Source: Podarcis liolepis
Lineage: Eukaryota
Assembly (NCBI GenBank): GCA_965112155.1
Contig: OZ218098.1
DNA length: 64,000 bases
Strand: one strand, 5' to 3'
The notes under the pieces were generated by a model. The model had not been told where the DNA came from. It saw only the letters and a program-made list of their open reading frames with translations, and ran no database searches. The translations under genes and the position numbers were made by a program. Numbering within the stretch: position 1 is the stretch's first letter; each line of letters starts with the position of its first letter. Shown here piece by piece: positions 50,935-64,000 of the stretch.

Positions 50935-51944
50935 GACATAGGCTGATGGGCTCCCTGAGTTTCTTAAGTACCCCTCGGCCACGCATCTCCAGTCAGTTGT
51001 ACTGCAACAAGGCACCTTGTTGTGTCTGTGACTGTGAGATTGTTCATTTGGCCAGGTGGTGGAGAGGGGAGGGAAAGAGGAATATGTGTGTGTGTGTCCT
51101 CTGAACTTACTAAATCTGTGCTTTATGGAAGTGTGAATATAACACTGCTATATTGGTAAGCCTTACGAGTTTCTAAATGCATGTCCCTGACCATGTGCAG
51201 ACTCTTTCGTCTGCTTAAAGAAGCTGAGCAAATCAGAATGTGCTGCAGACTGTGTTTATTCTTTCATAAACTTTTTCAACTTTACTAAGTTGGTGTCTTT
51301 GCCCAAAATAGCTAGACTCACTCACTCACTCACTCACACTCACTAATATATATATTGCCTGTTGCTTAAGAGCCGAACTATTAATCTATACCAACTCATT
51401 TTTCTTACCTTTGCTCTTAAGGTTTTATATTCTTCCCTTCCTCCAAGCTGTCATGGTACTGCCTCCTTTTATCCTCACAACAACCCTTCAAGGTTGGCTA
51501 GGCTGAGAGATAGTGCCTAGGCCAAAGTCACCCAGTTTAGAACAGGACTAGGGAACCTTTGGTCCTCCAGATATTGCTGGACTGCAGTTCCCATCATCCA
51601 TGACCACTCACCATGCTAGCTGCTGGTGGTGGAAATTGGAGTCCAACAACATCTGAAGGACTACAAATTGCTTAGCCCTAGCTGAGAACTTGGGTCTTCC
51701 AACTATGAACCTCTATGACACACTGGTTCTCTTAAAGTGCAATCCTATACATGCCTATTTAGAAGTAGGCCCTGTTGAGTCCTTTGTACTGGATTTGCTG
51801 CCAGGGAAGTAAGTACTGTATAGGATTGCAGCTTTATTTGGTTTGTGGCAGCAGGTCTGCCAGTACAAAGGTTTGATCCACTCAGAGGCTGATGATGTGT
51901 GCTTTTAGATAAATGCATTGCAAGCCCTGCTCTCTGAGGAGGGC

Positions 51945-51946
<2 letters not shown>

Positions 51947-51988
<42 letters not shown>
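51947..51988. repeat. (GA)n microsatellite
   Basis: Direct reading. Confidence 0.95.
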
Positions 51989-51991
<3 letters not shown>

Positions 51992-54900
51992 ATGAGGAGC
52001 TGGTGGCAGAAACTGCCTCAGGCAGAGCAGCACACATAGAAGGGGTAGTAGAGGAAGTGAGTGATGGTTGGATTGTGTGCACCATATTTCTGTCATAATT
52101 GCAGGAACCTACTTATCTGAAATTGTTTTCGTATATGCCAGAGATTTGTAATCCTTTCCTTGCACTGAATAGCATTTTAATCTGGTGGAATTCGTAGGGG
52201 ATTATCCTGGGCATAGTATTTAATTAATATTGAACAGGGCATGCTAATTCGCTTATAACCTGCTTTTGGTAGCTGTAGGTATATATAACTATTTGACACA
52301 TTATCAGAAGATGCCAAAAGCTGAAGTATGAGCGTGTCACACTTCCTGTGTGGATATCATTGTTTGCTGTTGGGGCATGCCACCTGTTCCCATGGTTTGA
52401 GCCCAGGCATCTACCAATGGGGGCAATGTGAAAGTTTTATGCATTAACTTGGAAGTGCAATTCACTCACGATTCACTGTTTTTGGTGTATGATGCAGGCC
52501 CTAGATACAAAAAGTGTTGCTGGACTCCACTGAAGTTCAAAGTGACTGTGAATCTTGAGTCCCTTGTAGTAATGGGGGTCTTGGTTTGTATACCAAGGTT
52601 CATCCTGTTCCCCATGTTTACTGGGAATGGGTATTTACTAATAGATCAGTGCAAAATACCGTGGACTGAAGAATATGGATCCAACTGCAGGTCAGAATTA
52701 AGGTGTCTAGGCAAACTTATGTGACGGAAGCTAGTTCAGTTCTTTAATGTGCTCTTCTAATGTAATAAAATACACTGTACATACTTAGCCAATCAATATT
52801 GTGAGCATGAAACCAGAAAAAAATGAAATGTTCATGTTTTGGGGAAAGGAGTAACAGTCTTACTTCTGATTTAATAATCTTGGAAAACTACCACCCTCTG
52901 ATTTCATATTCAGAAACAGAAATGCACATTTTAATCTTTGCTTCACCCCTAAGCATGCATTAGAAGGGTGGTGAAAATCCGCCTTGAATACAGCAAGGAT
53001 AATAGATAAGGGTAATTGGGGACCTGCTATTCGGAAAATAGAGAGATGACTTGAACATGCACAGAAAATCAGTATTTCAAGCTGGCACAGACATAACATT
53101 GCTGTTATGTATGCTAAGGATGAAATGCTCTAATTGTATTTGTTAATTGTGTATGGCTCACCCAGCCCACCCAGGATTTAGAAGTGGAAGAGTGACGGTG
53201 GGCAGTGGGGCATGGATTTGGAAGCAGGAAACTGGCAGAAACGGGATAAGATTCCTCTCATCTTGGAGACTGTGACCTGCGTGGCTGTATTTAGGAGGAA
53301 ATGAAATGAAAAGGGAAACACCAAGGTAAAAGCTACATCTGATGTCATGTTAAGTCCAAAAAACAACAGCTTTTACAGATTTGATATGTGTTTAAAGCAG
53401 GCAGGTGGGTTGACAAGAGTTACTTCTACCACTTATCCAACGTCTTGGCTCTATCCATCTTTCACTCTCTGCCCTGCCCCACACCCACCTGTTCCATAAG
53501 ACCTCTGCCAAGACCTTGGTGGAATTTGATGGGGAAGGGATTCTGCTTATACACTTTGCTTCTTCCTGAACCCTTGTCTAAGGCACACAAATGGCCCCCG
53601 CTTCAGCTTCTCCACACAATGGAACTTCCCACACTCTGCTAGACAGTTGTCATGTTTAATTTGTCTCCTTAGGTCATTTTAAATGTGAGCTTCTGCTTCT
53701 AATGTGAATGTAAAACCTGCATTGGCTGCAATATACATTTTTTATTTTTCTTCTGAATTCTCTCTCATATTGATAGCATTCATATGTACCCCAAGAAGTG
53801 TGAGAGAGACCCAAACGGTCTTGAGTAAAATAAAATAAAATCCTGCTATAGGGACTAGTATAGTCCCCAAAACTGATTTGAAGTCAGACGTTGACACTAG
53901 ATATTAAAGTTCAGTCATGGATAGTCATGCAGGGTTTATTGGTAACAGTTGTAGCAATGCCTAGTTGTGAGAAATACATTTAATTCCCACCCCACCCCCC
54001 ATGTAATTCTGTCTTATCATTTGCCAGTTTTTGTACCACTGTAGCTTCAACTAGCCTCCTGAACTATCAAAAGAGCAAGGGGAATACTATTGCCTCAGTA
54101 ACCCTTTTGTAATTTGTCTGTGTTTTCATAAATGTACTTGTGGTGACCTTCTTTGCCCTCTTTTAATTCTTATGCCTTTTCCTAAACCAAAAGTTAGGGA
54201 AAGGCATAGAGTAATACTTGCAAATGGGAAATGCTAATTTATTCAATCTGAACGTTCGCTATCTGCTTAAGGGGATCACTTGACTAAAACAAATATATAT
54301 CAGATGAACATAGCAAAGGTCATTACAAAAAACAAGTATTTCTAAAGGGTCTCCCCATTATCTCTAATGGGCCCCAAATATAATTTCTTTTTTGAATTGA
54401 ATTTGTCAAGCAACATCTTGATTTCCGCCCCTCCCCTGCAAATGAACAGATCCACTTACCACTTAACACATTAATTGGCCTGTGTGTATAACATGCAGAT
54501 TTGGGTTTCTTTTTGAGTCCATTGTTGGTGACTCCGTTTCCGCAAAGGAAATGAAAGCCTACTGACACACACCAAGCTAGAAAACTAATTTGTACCTTTT
54601 TGAATTTATAATCTTGCCTATGCTTCTATGGACACTTTGTATGGGCTGCAGCTCAACTCCTTAAAATCAGCAAAGAATTTTTCCTTTCCCATATAGTATT
54701 CTCTTTTATTTGACTTTTAAAATGCGTATAAATGCAATAATGCAGGTAGACTAGAAATACTAGATTGAAAATTAAAGTAGTTTAGCTTGTCCCATTGTGA
54801 CCTACAGTGTTGTATGTCACCCAACGCTGTATCCTAGCATTCTCGAGGCTTTCCTACGTAGCTGAATCTAGTATTAGCTTTGAAAATCCATTGTGTGAAT

Positions 54901-56679
54901 GGCGGGTGGGTTGATTGGGAAAGTGTACGCTTTTACACAACGTATGTTACTTGCATCAGAAGCTATATGGCCACTCCATATACTATGGAACTGTAAATGA
55001 TTCCCAATATACCTGTAACTCTTATCAAGATTGTGTGAAATAAACTATATATATGTGTATATTGTACACTTCTTATAGTGACCATCATTTTGTGTGTTAT
55101 GCTTGAGTTTTGAGTCCTACTGTGTTTTAATTCTGGCTACATAATTTTAGATGACATGGAGTTCTGCACACAGAACTGGAATGATTTCCCATCCTACCAA
55201 GGAGGGGCCCTGCTACTTAGTGAACTGAAGTGACAAGAGAACATAGAAACTACCCTAGTACTTTCCATCTAAAATATGGAGAAAAAGGAGCCTTAACATG
55301 AGGAATTTGGTGAATAATACAAGTTTTATTGCAGCCTGTTCAGACTGGAACTGTGGAAATGTATTTGTCTATTCTTCGTTAGTTTCTGGAAATCAGAGCA
55401 ATAAGAAGGGTGGGTTGCGAACTACCTAGAGCAATATTCTGAACATCTTTGCTGGTAATACATTTCCAGGGTTTATTTAGAGCACAACTATGCTATTCTA
55501 ACTCCAAGGCTGCAGGGATTTACATCAAAGCTTTATAATGAGTCTCTTCTGTATGTGCTTTCTCTATTCAAAATGTTTGCTTCAGGATCACACTTGTTTT
55601 CCATTATACCTGACACTGGCTAGGGCTTATGGGAGCTGTGAATTCATAAACATCTGAAGGGCGCCAGGTTGTCTACCCTCGGCATACATGATTCTTTTTC
55701 TTTAATGTGTATCACTTTGCTCTAACACTGAGGTCCCCAACTTGGCGGACATGGGCCCTTTCCCCTCCAAGGCCTCTTGCCCCTTCCAATAAAATTGTTG
55801 CTCTTCATTTGGTTGGAGGGGTTGCCAGGTTTCTTTTGTGGGGGAAGGATATGGTCTGCTTTTTTCAATCTGTTTTTTTTGCTTTGTTTCAGGTTGTATG
55901 TAGCTGTTTTCTCTACTTGCAGGAGGGTTCTGAGCACTACCAATATTTATTCTGTGCCTAGGAGCAAACTCAAAGGGACCTTGGGCCCACAAATAAAATA
56001 TTTGAGGGGGCTGCCCTCCCCCAAGTTGATAGGCATTGTCATTCAAATGGTATGGGTGCTCTGCATCTTGTGATCAATTATTTGGGGCAGGGCTTACCTC
56101 CCCCCCCCCATTTTATTCAAGGTGGCATCCCTGCTTCTGTGAAAATGAGCCAAACTCTTTGCCTAACGTTCAGATGGTTTCAGCTTCTTCAAAGAATTCA
56201 TCCCCCTACAATCGGTGGAGTGTCGGGAGATTATTGACATACATAATATACTTTGTGAGCTAAAATGAATATTCTCTGCAAATGAAAACACACAAACTGG
56301 TGTTATGTCATTACCTCACATGAAGTTAGTCATTCTCTATTTTTTCTCCTTTGTACTTTTTAGGATCAACAGGCAAAATCCTTCCTGAAAGAATGATTAG
56401 TTTCTGGTTCTCTAAAGAAAAAGTGACAGCATTTATAGAGACTATTTTTTCCCTTGCTAGTCCTATTTTCTCTTACTAGGCAACCCATGCAGGCTAAGCT
56501 ATAACTTGTTCACTGCAGTAATCTGATGGCTAACTTCATATTGTATAGAATAGTAATTAATCAATATATAAACAAATAAATATAAAAGCCATGCTAATCT
56601 TTTGTGATAAAGAGAAATATGTCTGATAGCACCTTGAGACTAATTATTAACAAGCTTTTTATTACAAAATGTGTATTCA

Positions 56680-57170
56680 ATTGATTATTTGTTTATTGCA
56701 TTTATGAACCCCCCTTCCTTCAAAAGGAGCTCAGGGTAATGTATGCTAAGAGATAAAACAAGATTTATCAGCAAATGATAACAAAATCATTAAAACACAG
56801 ATTGGTTTCAGCTGTGAGTTATTAAAACCAACAAAATATAATTCTGTAAAGGGAGGGTAAACAAAAATGTCTTCAACTGGTTTCTGAATATAAAAAAAGC
56901 GGAAGCCAAATGTAAGTCCAGGGAGAGGGCATTCCAAAGGCAAAGTAGCACCACAAAGGAGACTGTTACACATTCCTGGGCAACAAAGCCTTATAAAGAT
57001 CATAAGCAGAACCTTGTCTTTGCCTCCCAGTCTCAGGCACTGAATCAACTGGTATTGGAGGAGGCGCTCCTGCAGATACTTGGCTCCTGTCTGCAACTGG
57101 TACTTCACTGCACTAATCTTGGATGCATTTGGCACCCCAAACCTATCTTGTGGCTGGGGCAACCCAGTCA
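56680..57170 (-). mobile_element. L2-like LINE 3' fragment
   Basis: ttatttgtttattgcattta...ggagctcagggt...gggagagggcattcca pattern; minus ORF ends in FRFFYIQKPVEDIFV-like degenerate tail; boundaries approximate. Confidence 0.5.
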
Positions 57171-57699
57171 TATGAGTGGGGTACAAATAATAAAATTGTT
57201 GTTGAGCCTATTCTCCATGTAGTTTGGACCTGTTTGATGATGACACAGAATTCCAGTATTCTACCAACGGAGTCTTTGGATGCTAAGACAGTGCACATGC
57301 TTTTGAAAGCTTCCATGAGCAGGCAAGTAGATGATCAATTTTTCTAAGCCTTTGAATTTGAGAACAAATCAATAAAAGGAATCAATAGAACATGTTTCCT
57401 GCTCCAGAGAAGTTGTCCCATGCGAGTCAGAAAAAGCCTTGGTATGAAATTAACCTCATACATGGATTCTGGTTTTAAATGATTGGTTAAGCAGACAGTA
57501 ATAGTCAATGTGCTGCTTCTCAATTCTGTTCCTGATTTCTCCGAGCATAAAAAGGTAAATAAAGGTTCTGCTGGATCAAGTCAAAGGTCCATATAGCTGA
57601 ACTTTCTGTTTCCAGGTTAGCCTCCCTAGGGGAGCCAATGCAGAAAAGGCCTCTGCAGCTGGTCCTTGTGGATGTTTAGAGGCTGCTTAACCCTTCCCC

Positions 57700-58340
57700 T
57701 TCCAGCCCAGCTCAGACTCGAGAGCCGCCTGCTTTGTTTCAGGCGCTGGAGGGATCCACCCCTGCTGCTGCCGCCGCCACCGCCGCCTTCAAGGCATCGC
57801 ATCCGCTTCCCCGCTCTGGCGGAGGGAGGAACCGCCCTACCCCGCAGTGACGCCACACCTGCCTCTGGCCCATCTCCCTCAGCTGGGGCCGCACGCACCA
57901 TGGCGCCTGCGCAGCGCAGCCTGGCGTAGCCGAGCGGGGACAGGCCTCTCTGCCTGCACTCCAGGCGCTGCTAGGCTTCCCCACCTCCGCCGGCCGGGAG
58001 CGCATGAGAAGGCGCCCGCCGCCTGCTTCCTCTTTCCCGCGGGGAGGCTCCGCGGACGACGAGGCCGCCATCATGTCGGAGAGGCTCAGCAAGCCGACGT
58101 GCCTCATCGCGGCCAGCGCGGCCGCAGCAGGTGAGGGGCGGGCAGAGCGAGCTCGGGCTGGTGGGCGGGCGCCCCTCTGAGCTTTTTATCTCCTCGGCTC
58201 GCCTTGTGGCGGAGACGGAGCTGCGCGGGCGCCCGCGGGGCTTCTGCTCGGAGGACCCGGGGGTGGCGGGATGGAGGCGCCTGAGGGGAGGCCAACCCAC
58301 GCCAGCGGCATTCCCATTTCTGCAGGGCGGGGCGAGGTCA
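57700..58340 (+). promoter_or_regulatory. CpG island / GATD1 promoter
   Basis: Very GC- and CpG-rich stretch spanning exon 1; NRF1-type GCGCCTGCGCA at 57903-57913, several GC boxes; boundaries approximate. Confidence 0.88.
58073..58130 (+). CDS. GATD1: GATD1 (PDDC1, DJ-1/PfpI-like, FERRY complex subunit) coding exon 1
   Basis: gccgccatcATG in CpG island; MSERLSKPTCLIAASAAAA(G), donor gtgagg; resembles human MASERLPNRPACLLVASGAAEG. Confidence 0.93.
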
Positions 58341-59183
58341 CCTTCTCATTTCTCTATTGTTATCATAATTGTTGTTGCTATTGTCCGTCGTGTAAGAGTT
58401 GCAGGAGCCCTAGCAAAATATACAACATTTCTTACAAAAAAAATTGCAACCCTAAACAGGAGAGGGGAGGCCGGGCCTGCCTTCCTGCACAAGCAAACAT
58501 GACACCCCCCTTTTTTTGTATTGTAACAATCCGGAACACCTGCCACAGTCTCATTCTGGTACTCTTAGTCTCCAATATGAGCCTGAAATCCTTACTCATA
58601 TTGTACGAATTGTGCTTGAAGCTGGCTTGTTGAGATTGCCCCTCACACACCACACCACACATTGAAAATGCTCTTATGCCACCTTAAACACTCGGGGAGG
58701 ATCCTGGGAACTGCAGTTTGTTAAAAGATTCTGGGGATTGAAGTTCTTCTGTAAGGTCAGCCACCATGAGAGACTGCAGTTCTCTGTGTTTGTTAAAGTG
58801 GTTAGCGATACTTTGAATGTATGGTGTGGATGCAACCTACTTAATATTGCTCCCTGCCTTGAGCTCTGCTTCCCCTTTTTTTACTTTTATGATGTGGCTT
58901 TTTCTTATTGCATATCTCTCCTGCTGCATGAAATAGTTTGTCACAATTCTTCTCTCCTGGAGTTGTAAAACTGATTAGATGTTGATGTGATTTCTTGTCT
59001 GTTTGGGGCAACTGCCAACATCCTAAGCTGGCTGTCTTTTTCAATAATATTATGAATATTGTGTATTATTAAAATGCTCCTTATAGGAGAAAAATGACCA
59101 CCAGGAATAGCAGATTAGTACTGTGAAAAATGTGCACTTGAAAACAAACGAAACATGTCTTTTGTTTAATTCCTGTTTTCCAG

Positions 59184-59260
59184 GGGTATCTGCTGATTCC
59201 TTCCTTCACTCTTTTACCCTGGCAAGCTCTGCTTTTAATCTACAGGTTGCTACTCCAGGG
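59184..59260 (+). CDS. GATD1: GATD1 coding exon 2
   Basis: cctgttttccag acceptor, gtaggt donor; 77 bp encoding (G)[25 protein letters not shown]. Confidence 0.95.
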
Positions 59261-60604
59261 GTAGGTAAAAAATGTTAATACCTAACTGTGGATATTGTTG
59301 CAATAGATTTCAGACAGTAGTATTAGGCTCATTTAAAACAAACGGAACTTGCGAAAATCCATGAGTTTTATTCCTCGACCAGTGAAGATCATTTTTTGGT
59401 CTCTGAAAGAATTGTTGAGGGAGCTGCATCCCAGGGCAAGCAACTCATACCTCAAAATCACATATGTGTGTGGGTGGGAGGATTGGGTGAGGGGATTGGG
59501 ATCCAGAGATACCAGAGATACGTTCCACAGAGAAACTTTCAGAATAAAGAGGCAGCCCTGCTTTGTAGGGCTGTTGGGTGGAAGTGCATTAGGTTCAAAA
59601 AATGCCTGGTGTTTTGCTGCCAGGTGTATTGCCTTGTTACATGAGGGAAGAATGCACAAACAATCCTTGCCTGCTGATTCTTTTTTCTTTGTAGCAGGAA
59701 GTAATTTTTATCCCCTGCTCCAGAAATTGGAGCCTTACTTTCAAGAGCCAAATGTGGCTCCCCAGGAGGCCATTGGGACTCTCCCCAGGACACACTTTTT
59801 CATAGACTTGCTTTGCGCGCTCTTTGAGTGTTCTTGCCTAACTGGAATATGTCCTTCAAATCTGAAAATGTTTCTTGCTTATCTGGATAGAGGCATGAGC
59901 ATCCATGGGGTGTGTGTGTGTGTGTTGAGACAAAAAGTACAGGTACTTTTATCCTCATTTTTTGTACAAAATTAGCCTACCGTACTTCCTGCTTTGAGTG
60001 TTTTACTCGCATTCTCCCTGATGAATTCCTGCAGATGCCCATGAATACAAGAGTGTGTGTAGAAACTAGCCTACTGCACAAAGCTAATATTCTGAATAAT
60101 TGATCTGCCCACTTTTGCCTCTGGCCCTGCACTCCACTGGCATGCAGCCTCCAGAAGGCTGCTCAGATGGAAATGTGGTCTTGGCACTGAAGTTCTCCAT
60201 CCCTGTCCTGCCATCTTACCCGAGAGCCCTAGCCTGCTCTCTCCTCTCCCTACTTGAGGGGGGAGGGTGTCTACATCACTCTGACTTTGGAAATAGAGAG
60301 GGCAGTAAATATAGGTCTTTTAAGTGGAAACAATTAGTTTTAGGCTGTGTTATTTGGGAAAGGGAGAGGCATTGGTTTGAGCTGCAGTGCTGTTCATATG
60401 TGTAGCTTTGTGCATGTTTTACAAAATCAGAACCACTTGTTTGCATATGAATTGTCTATCTTATTTCAGTCAATCACCAATAAATGGTATGTCTTAAAAA
60501 AATGGGTGCTTTTATCAGATCTTGCCCATGTATAAACTCTTGCATTTAACTAGGCTTTCCTCACATATTTTCATTAATTGAGCTTTGAACAATGATTCTG
60601 CTAG

Positions 60605-60710
60605 GGAAAGTCAATTGATTTCACTGGTGTTAATGAGGCAAACATGCGTTGGATCCAGGACTTCCGAATGAAATCTTACGCAAATCCTGCCAAGCTGGAA
60701 TCAACTGATG
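60605..60710 (+). CDS. GATD1: GATD1 coding exon 3
   Basis: ttctgctag acceptor, gtgagg donor; 106 bp encoding GKSIDFTGVNEANMRWIQDFRMKSYANPAKLESTD. Confidence 0.94.
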
Positions 60711-62334
60711 GTGAGGTATCTTTTAACTTGCAACTCAGGGTCTGTTCTCTGTGCACAAACTGTTCTTATCTACACAATATAGTGCTCCTTGCTGCCAACT
60801 CTATCAAACTTAAGCACTCATTGATTTTAAAAGTGATTGTTGAGCATGTGCTGAGAATAATGCTATTACTGTTTCTTTTGCATTTTTAGCAATGATTTAG
60901 ATAGGTTTTTTCCTGTTTGCCGCAATCTCAAGGCCTCTCTTGTATTTGTGACAGAGAGTATTCAGATATGATAGGGAACTATGGTTTCCTTCTGTGACAG
61001 TAAGCTATGGCAGATCTAAGGCTCACACATTCCTTCCTCCACTCCTTTGCATCCAAGGGGAAACTGAAAGGTATCACTTTCACTTTTAAACTGACAGCAC
61101 TTTCCTGTGATATCTAAGCTTGGTGAACTATGGTTTATTTCAACTGTAACTTGTGAAAACAAACCAGGGTCAAGGAGTGGTTTGGGATCATGGCTTGTTT
61201 TCAAACCATAGCTTGAACAAACATTGTTCAGCTCCCTGAGGGAACTGTGGTTAGTTTAAAATAGAGATTTTCGCACCATGGTTGCAAAGGAAATGGTGAT
61301 GGGAGGGTGCCTTAAACCCAAGGCTCACCATGGTTTCCCATTGCATCTGAATTGACATTTTCCTGCCAGTGACCTACCAGATCACTTTGGGGAGGAACAA
61401 AACCTGAAATAGGAGCATAAATCCTCATAAGGCAGCCCCCTCCATAATGTTGCCTCTCATTTTTATTTGATGGGCAATTGGTTTGTCTGTAGTTTTCAGA
61501 CGCAAACATGGTCATGAGCAGTTTTCAGACATTCTGTCCTGTTTCAGTGTGACCTCAAAACAGAAAACAGTGGGCCAAAGGGAATCTAGCCTGCTCTTAA
61601 TAGTTTCGGAGTGTGGTCAATAGAGCCCATTCCAATGCTTTCTTGAACAGGCCCCTTCCAATTACCCCATAATGAAGAATCATTCCTGTGTGCACTTAGG
61701 GATAGTGTTGCTGTGGGAACAAAGCTTCCTGTGAAAGGGACACAGTGGGGAAGGAGAGCAGCAACTATTCTTCTGAAGTCAGCTGCAGGGTTGTTTCCAA
61801 AGCTGTCCTCTTGCACCTTGTTGCACCCTGGAGGCTGTGGTTGGTTTGGAGTAATGGCTCTACCCCTCATTCCAGGTATGGTAATCCCCTTGATGGGCAG
61901 AACAGGGAAAAGGTGGAACAACTCTTCACACCTTCAAAATCACACCTGCCGTTGGAGCAGGTAAAGTAAGAGCCAGGTCACTGGGGGCAGTGAATATGGG
62001 AGAGGGGTCATAAATGTATTTGTAGAAAGGCACTGTTCCTGTAGTGCCATCTCCAGGAATACTGGTTTGGGGGAATGAAGGGGAAGGCAAAGGCCATTAT
62101 TAGGAGAGCAAGGATTTAATTGGCACATTATAGGACTTTAGTGACTAAAAGCTGGGGGAGTGAATGGGGTTGCATGAAATATTTTGGGGTGTACCCACTA
62201 ACCCATGGAGTCATCCCTGCCAGCCTGTCAACCTTGAACAGGCTATATCACTTCAACTATATCACTTTAGCTGGTTTTGAAATAAACAGAACTTGCGAGT
62301 GTCGTAAGCTTCTTTGCTGCTTCTTCCTCCCTAG

Positions 62335-62442
62335 GTGCCAGATACCATGCTTTGTTGATTCCAGACTGTCCTGGTGCCATGGTGGATCTGGCAAACAGTG
62401 GTTACTTAGCTAGAATATTGCAGCATTTCAGCTCTGAAAACA
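62335..62442 (+). CDS. GATD1: GATD1 coding exon 4
   Basis: cttcctccctag acceptor, gtaagt donor; 108 bp encoding (G)[35 protein letters not shown]. Confidence 0.96.
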
Positions 62443-63032
62443 GTAAGTAAACTTCCTTGGGGATTTATGCTTTATTCTGTACACTTTGTGCATCTTAGAC
62501 TGAGAAGCATATAAACTGCTAAGACTAATTAAGATCTCTCTTTCTGGTAGGGGCGAACATCCAGGAGGTCTTAAGGAAAATTATTGATAATGTGGAAACA
62601 GTAGCAAACTAGTGCAAACTCAGTTCAGTAACATAAAAACAATTGTAGCCAGTTTAGAACCTAACATTGTGGATGTGCATCGCTTAATCTACAAATACCA
62701 ACACCGAACTTCTTTCCACATCTTTTTTACACAGCCCCTCCCCCCAGCAATGTTTGCTGTCAGTCAAATCTTAGTCATTCTCAGTGTTTTTTATGCCTTG
62801 AATCAGATTTGGAGAACCTGTGGCCCTCGAGATATTGCTGAGATTATAGTTCCAACATCTCTGTTCATTGGTCATGCTGGCTGGGGCTAATAGGAGTTGG
62901 ACTGTATCACAGAAATACCTGAAGTCAGTTAGATGGGAATAATATTTTGTAGCATAACTGAACTTCTTGGGGGGAAATCAGTTGTAATTTTTCTGAATAG
63001 GGATTTTTAGATGAAGCTGTTTTTCTTTGTAG

Positions 63033-63127
63033 AACCCATATGTGCTGTTGGACATGGAGCTGCCGCCTTATGCTGTGCCACAAATGAGGACAAATCCTGG
63101 GTATTTCAGGAATACAGCTTAACAGGT
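63033..63127 (+). CDS. GATD1: GATD1 coding exon 5
   Basis: ttttctttgtag acceptor, gtaggt donor; 95 bp encoding (K)[31 protein letters not shown]. Confidence 0.96.
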
Positions 63128-63876
63128 GTAGGTGCAGTATGTTTAAGCAAATCACGACTTTTCATATATCACTCTTCTAAAACTCAAGTTTCTGTTCTGA
63201 TGAGTCCCGTAAGAAGTAGCCTTTGTCTACATTTTATATGTGGCTTTCCCCTTGGGCTTCCCAGATTACAACCACAGATCTGCTCCAAGCCTTTTATAGT
63301 AGTAGTCTGTTTTCAGTGAAGCAAAGCACATATTTACTGGCGTTTAATTCAGGGTCATTGCAAGGTGAAATGACTGATAAAGTTGTATTTATTTACTTTT
63401 TAAAAAATATATATAGCCAAAAGACTCCTCAAAGCAATTTAGAAAAATAATCTCAAGAAGATCACAGTATAATCAATGCAAACATAGCCATATGCATTAT
63501 GTAGTTTTAACTACTAACTGTGAGGGAAACCATGTTCTTAAGTTTTCTGTTGATATGCTAGCAGTGGGATAGAAAGGTGCATGTTTACTTAAATAACTTT
63601 ATTTTAGGCTCAGGTATAAAAAGAGTGTTATGAACTAATGCAGCAATAGGCTCACTTCAGCCTTGTTCCTTCTCCCCTCCCTTTAAAATTAAGTCCTGTG
63701 ACCCACTAATGTATTTTGTGTGGTTTGATTCCTTGGTTAGGAACTACTTGGTTGGATCAGACCAAGGTCAACCTAGTCCTGTATTCTTTGCAAGAATCTA
63801 GTCAAGGTGTTGGGTAGCCCAAAGAAAACAGTATCTTCTTCGTGTTTTGTGACATTTATTTTCTTGTATCTTCCAG

Positions 63877-63970
63877 CCTTGTGTGTATGAACTAATAAGA
63901 CTGCCTAGTTTTGCCAGTTTGCCTATTATCTTTGAGGACTTTGCAAAAGATTCTGGAGCTATCTATAGCG
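63877..63970 (+). CDS. GATD1: GATD1 coding exon 6 (gene continues beyond window)
   Basis: cttgtatcttccag acceptor, gtatgt donor; 94 bp encoding [31 protein letters not shown]. Confidence 0.95.
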
Positions 63971-64000
63971 GTATGTCATTTAAGGCTCTGTTCCCACAGG

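Noticed and set aside
59349-59975. 208-aa ORF in GATD1 intron 2
   Set aside because: Non-ATG start, runs through a (GT)n tract, no known motif, and the GATD1 exon chain is complete without it.

Overview
Vertebrate nuclear DNA, most likely from a lacertid-type squamate lizard. The species call is an inference from the Sauria-SINE, CR1, L2 and MITE content. The window holds three + strand genes in the order known from human 11p15.5. First, the last six coding exons of SLC25A22 (mitochondrial glutamate carrier 1; 3351-19023, upstream exons outside the window). Second, the single-coding-exon neuronal gene CEND1 (47909-48331). Third, the first six coding exons of GATD1/PDDC1 (58073-63970, continuing past the window end). 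Almost all other listed ORFs are chance ORFs in introns or repeats. The most striking non-genic feature is a perfect 372-bp palindrome embedded in (TA)n in an SLC25A22 intron (15253-15624). It looks like a young Penelope-like retroelement remnant and carries a minimal hammerhead-ribozyme motif on each strand. Other notable items are a second miniature Penelope-type hairpin insertion with a 14-bp TSD, a complete 1.2-kb L1-like non-autonomous retroposon with a 15-bp TSD, an inverted duplication bracketing a 14.8-kb segment, and an orphan CpG island about 13 kb upstream of CEND1. Gene identities rest on recalled human protein sequences. Repeat family names are by motif recognition, not database search.
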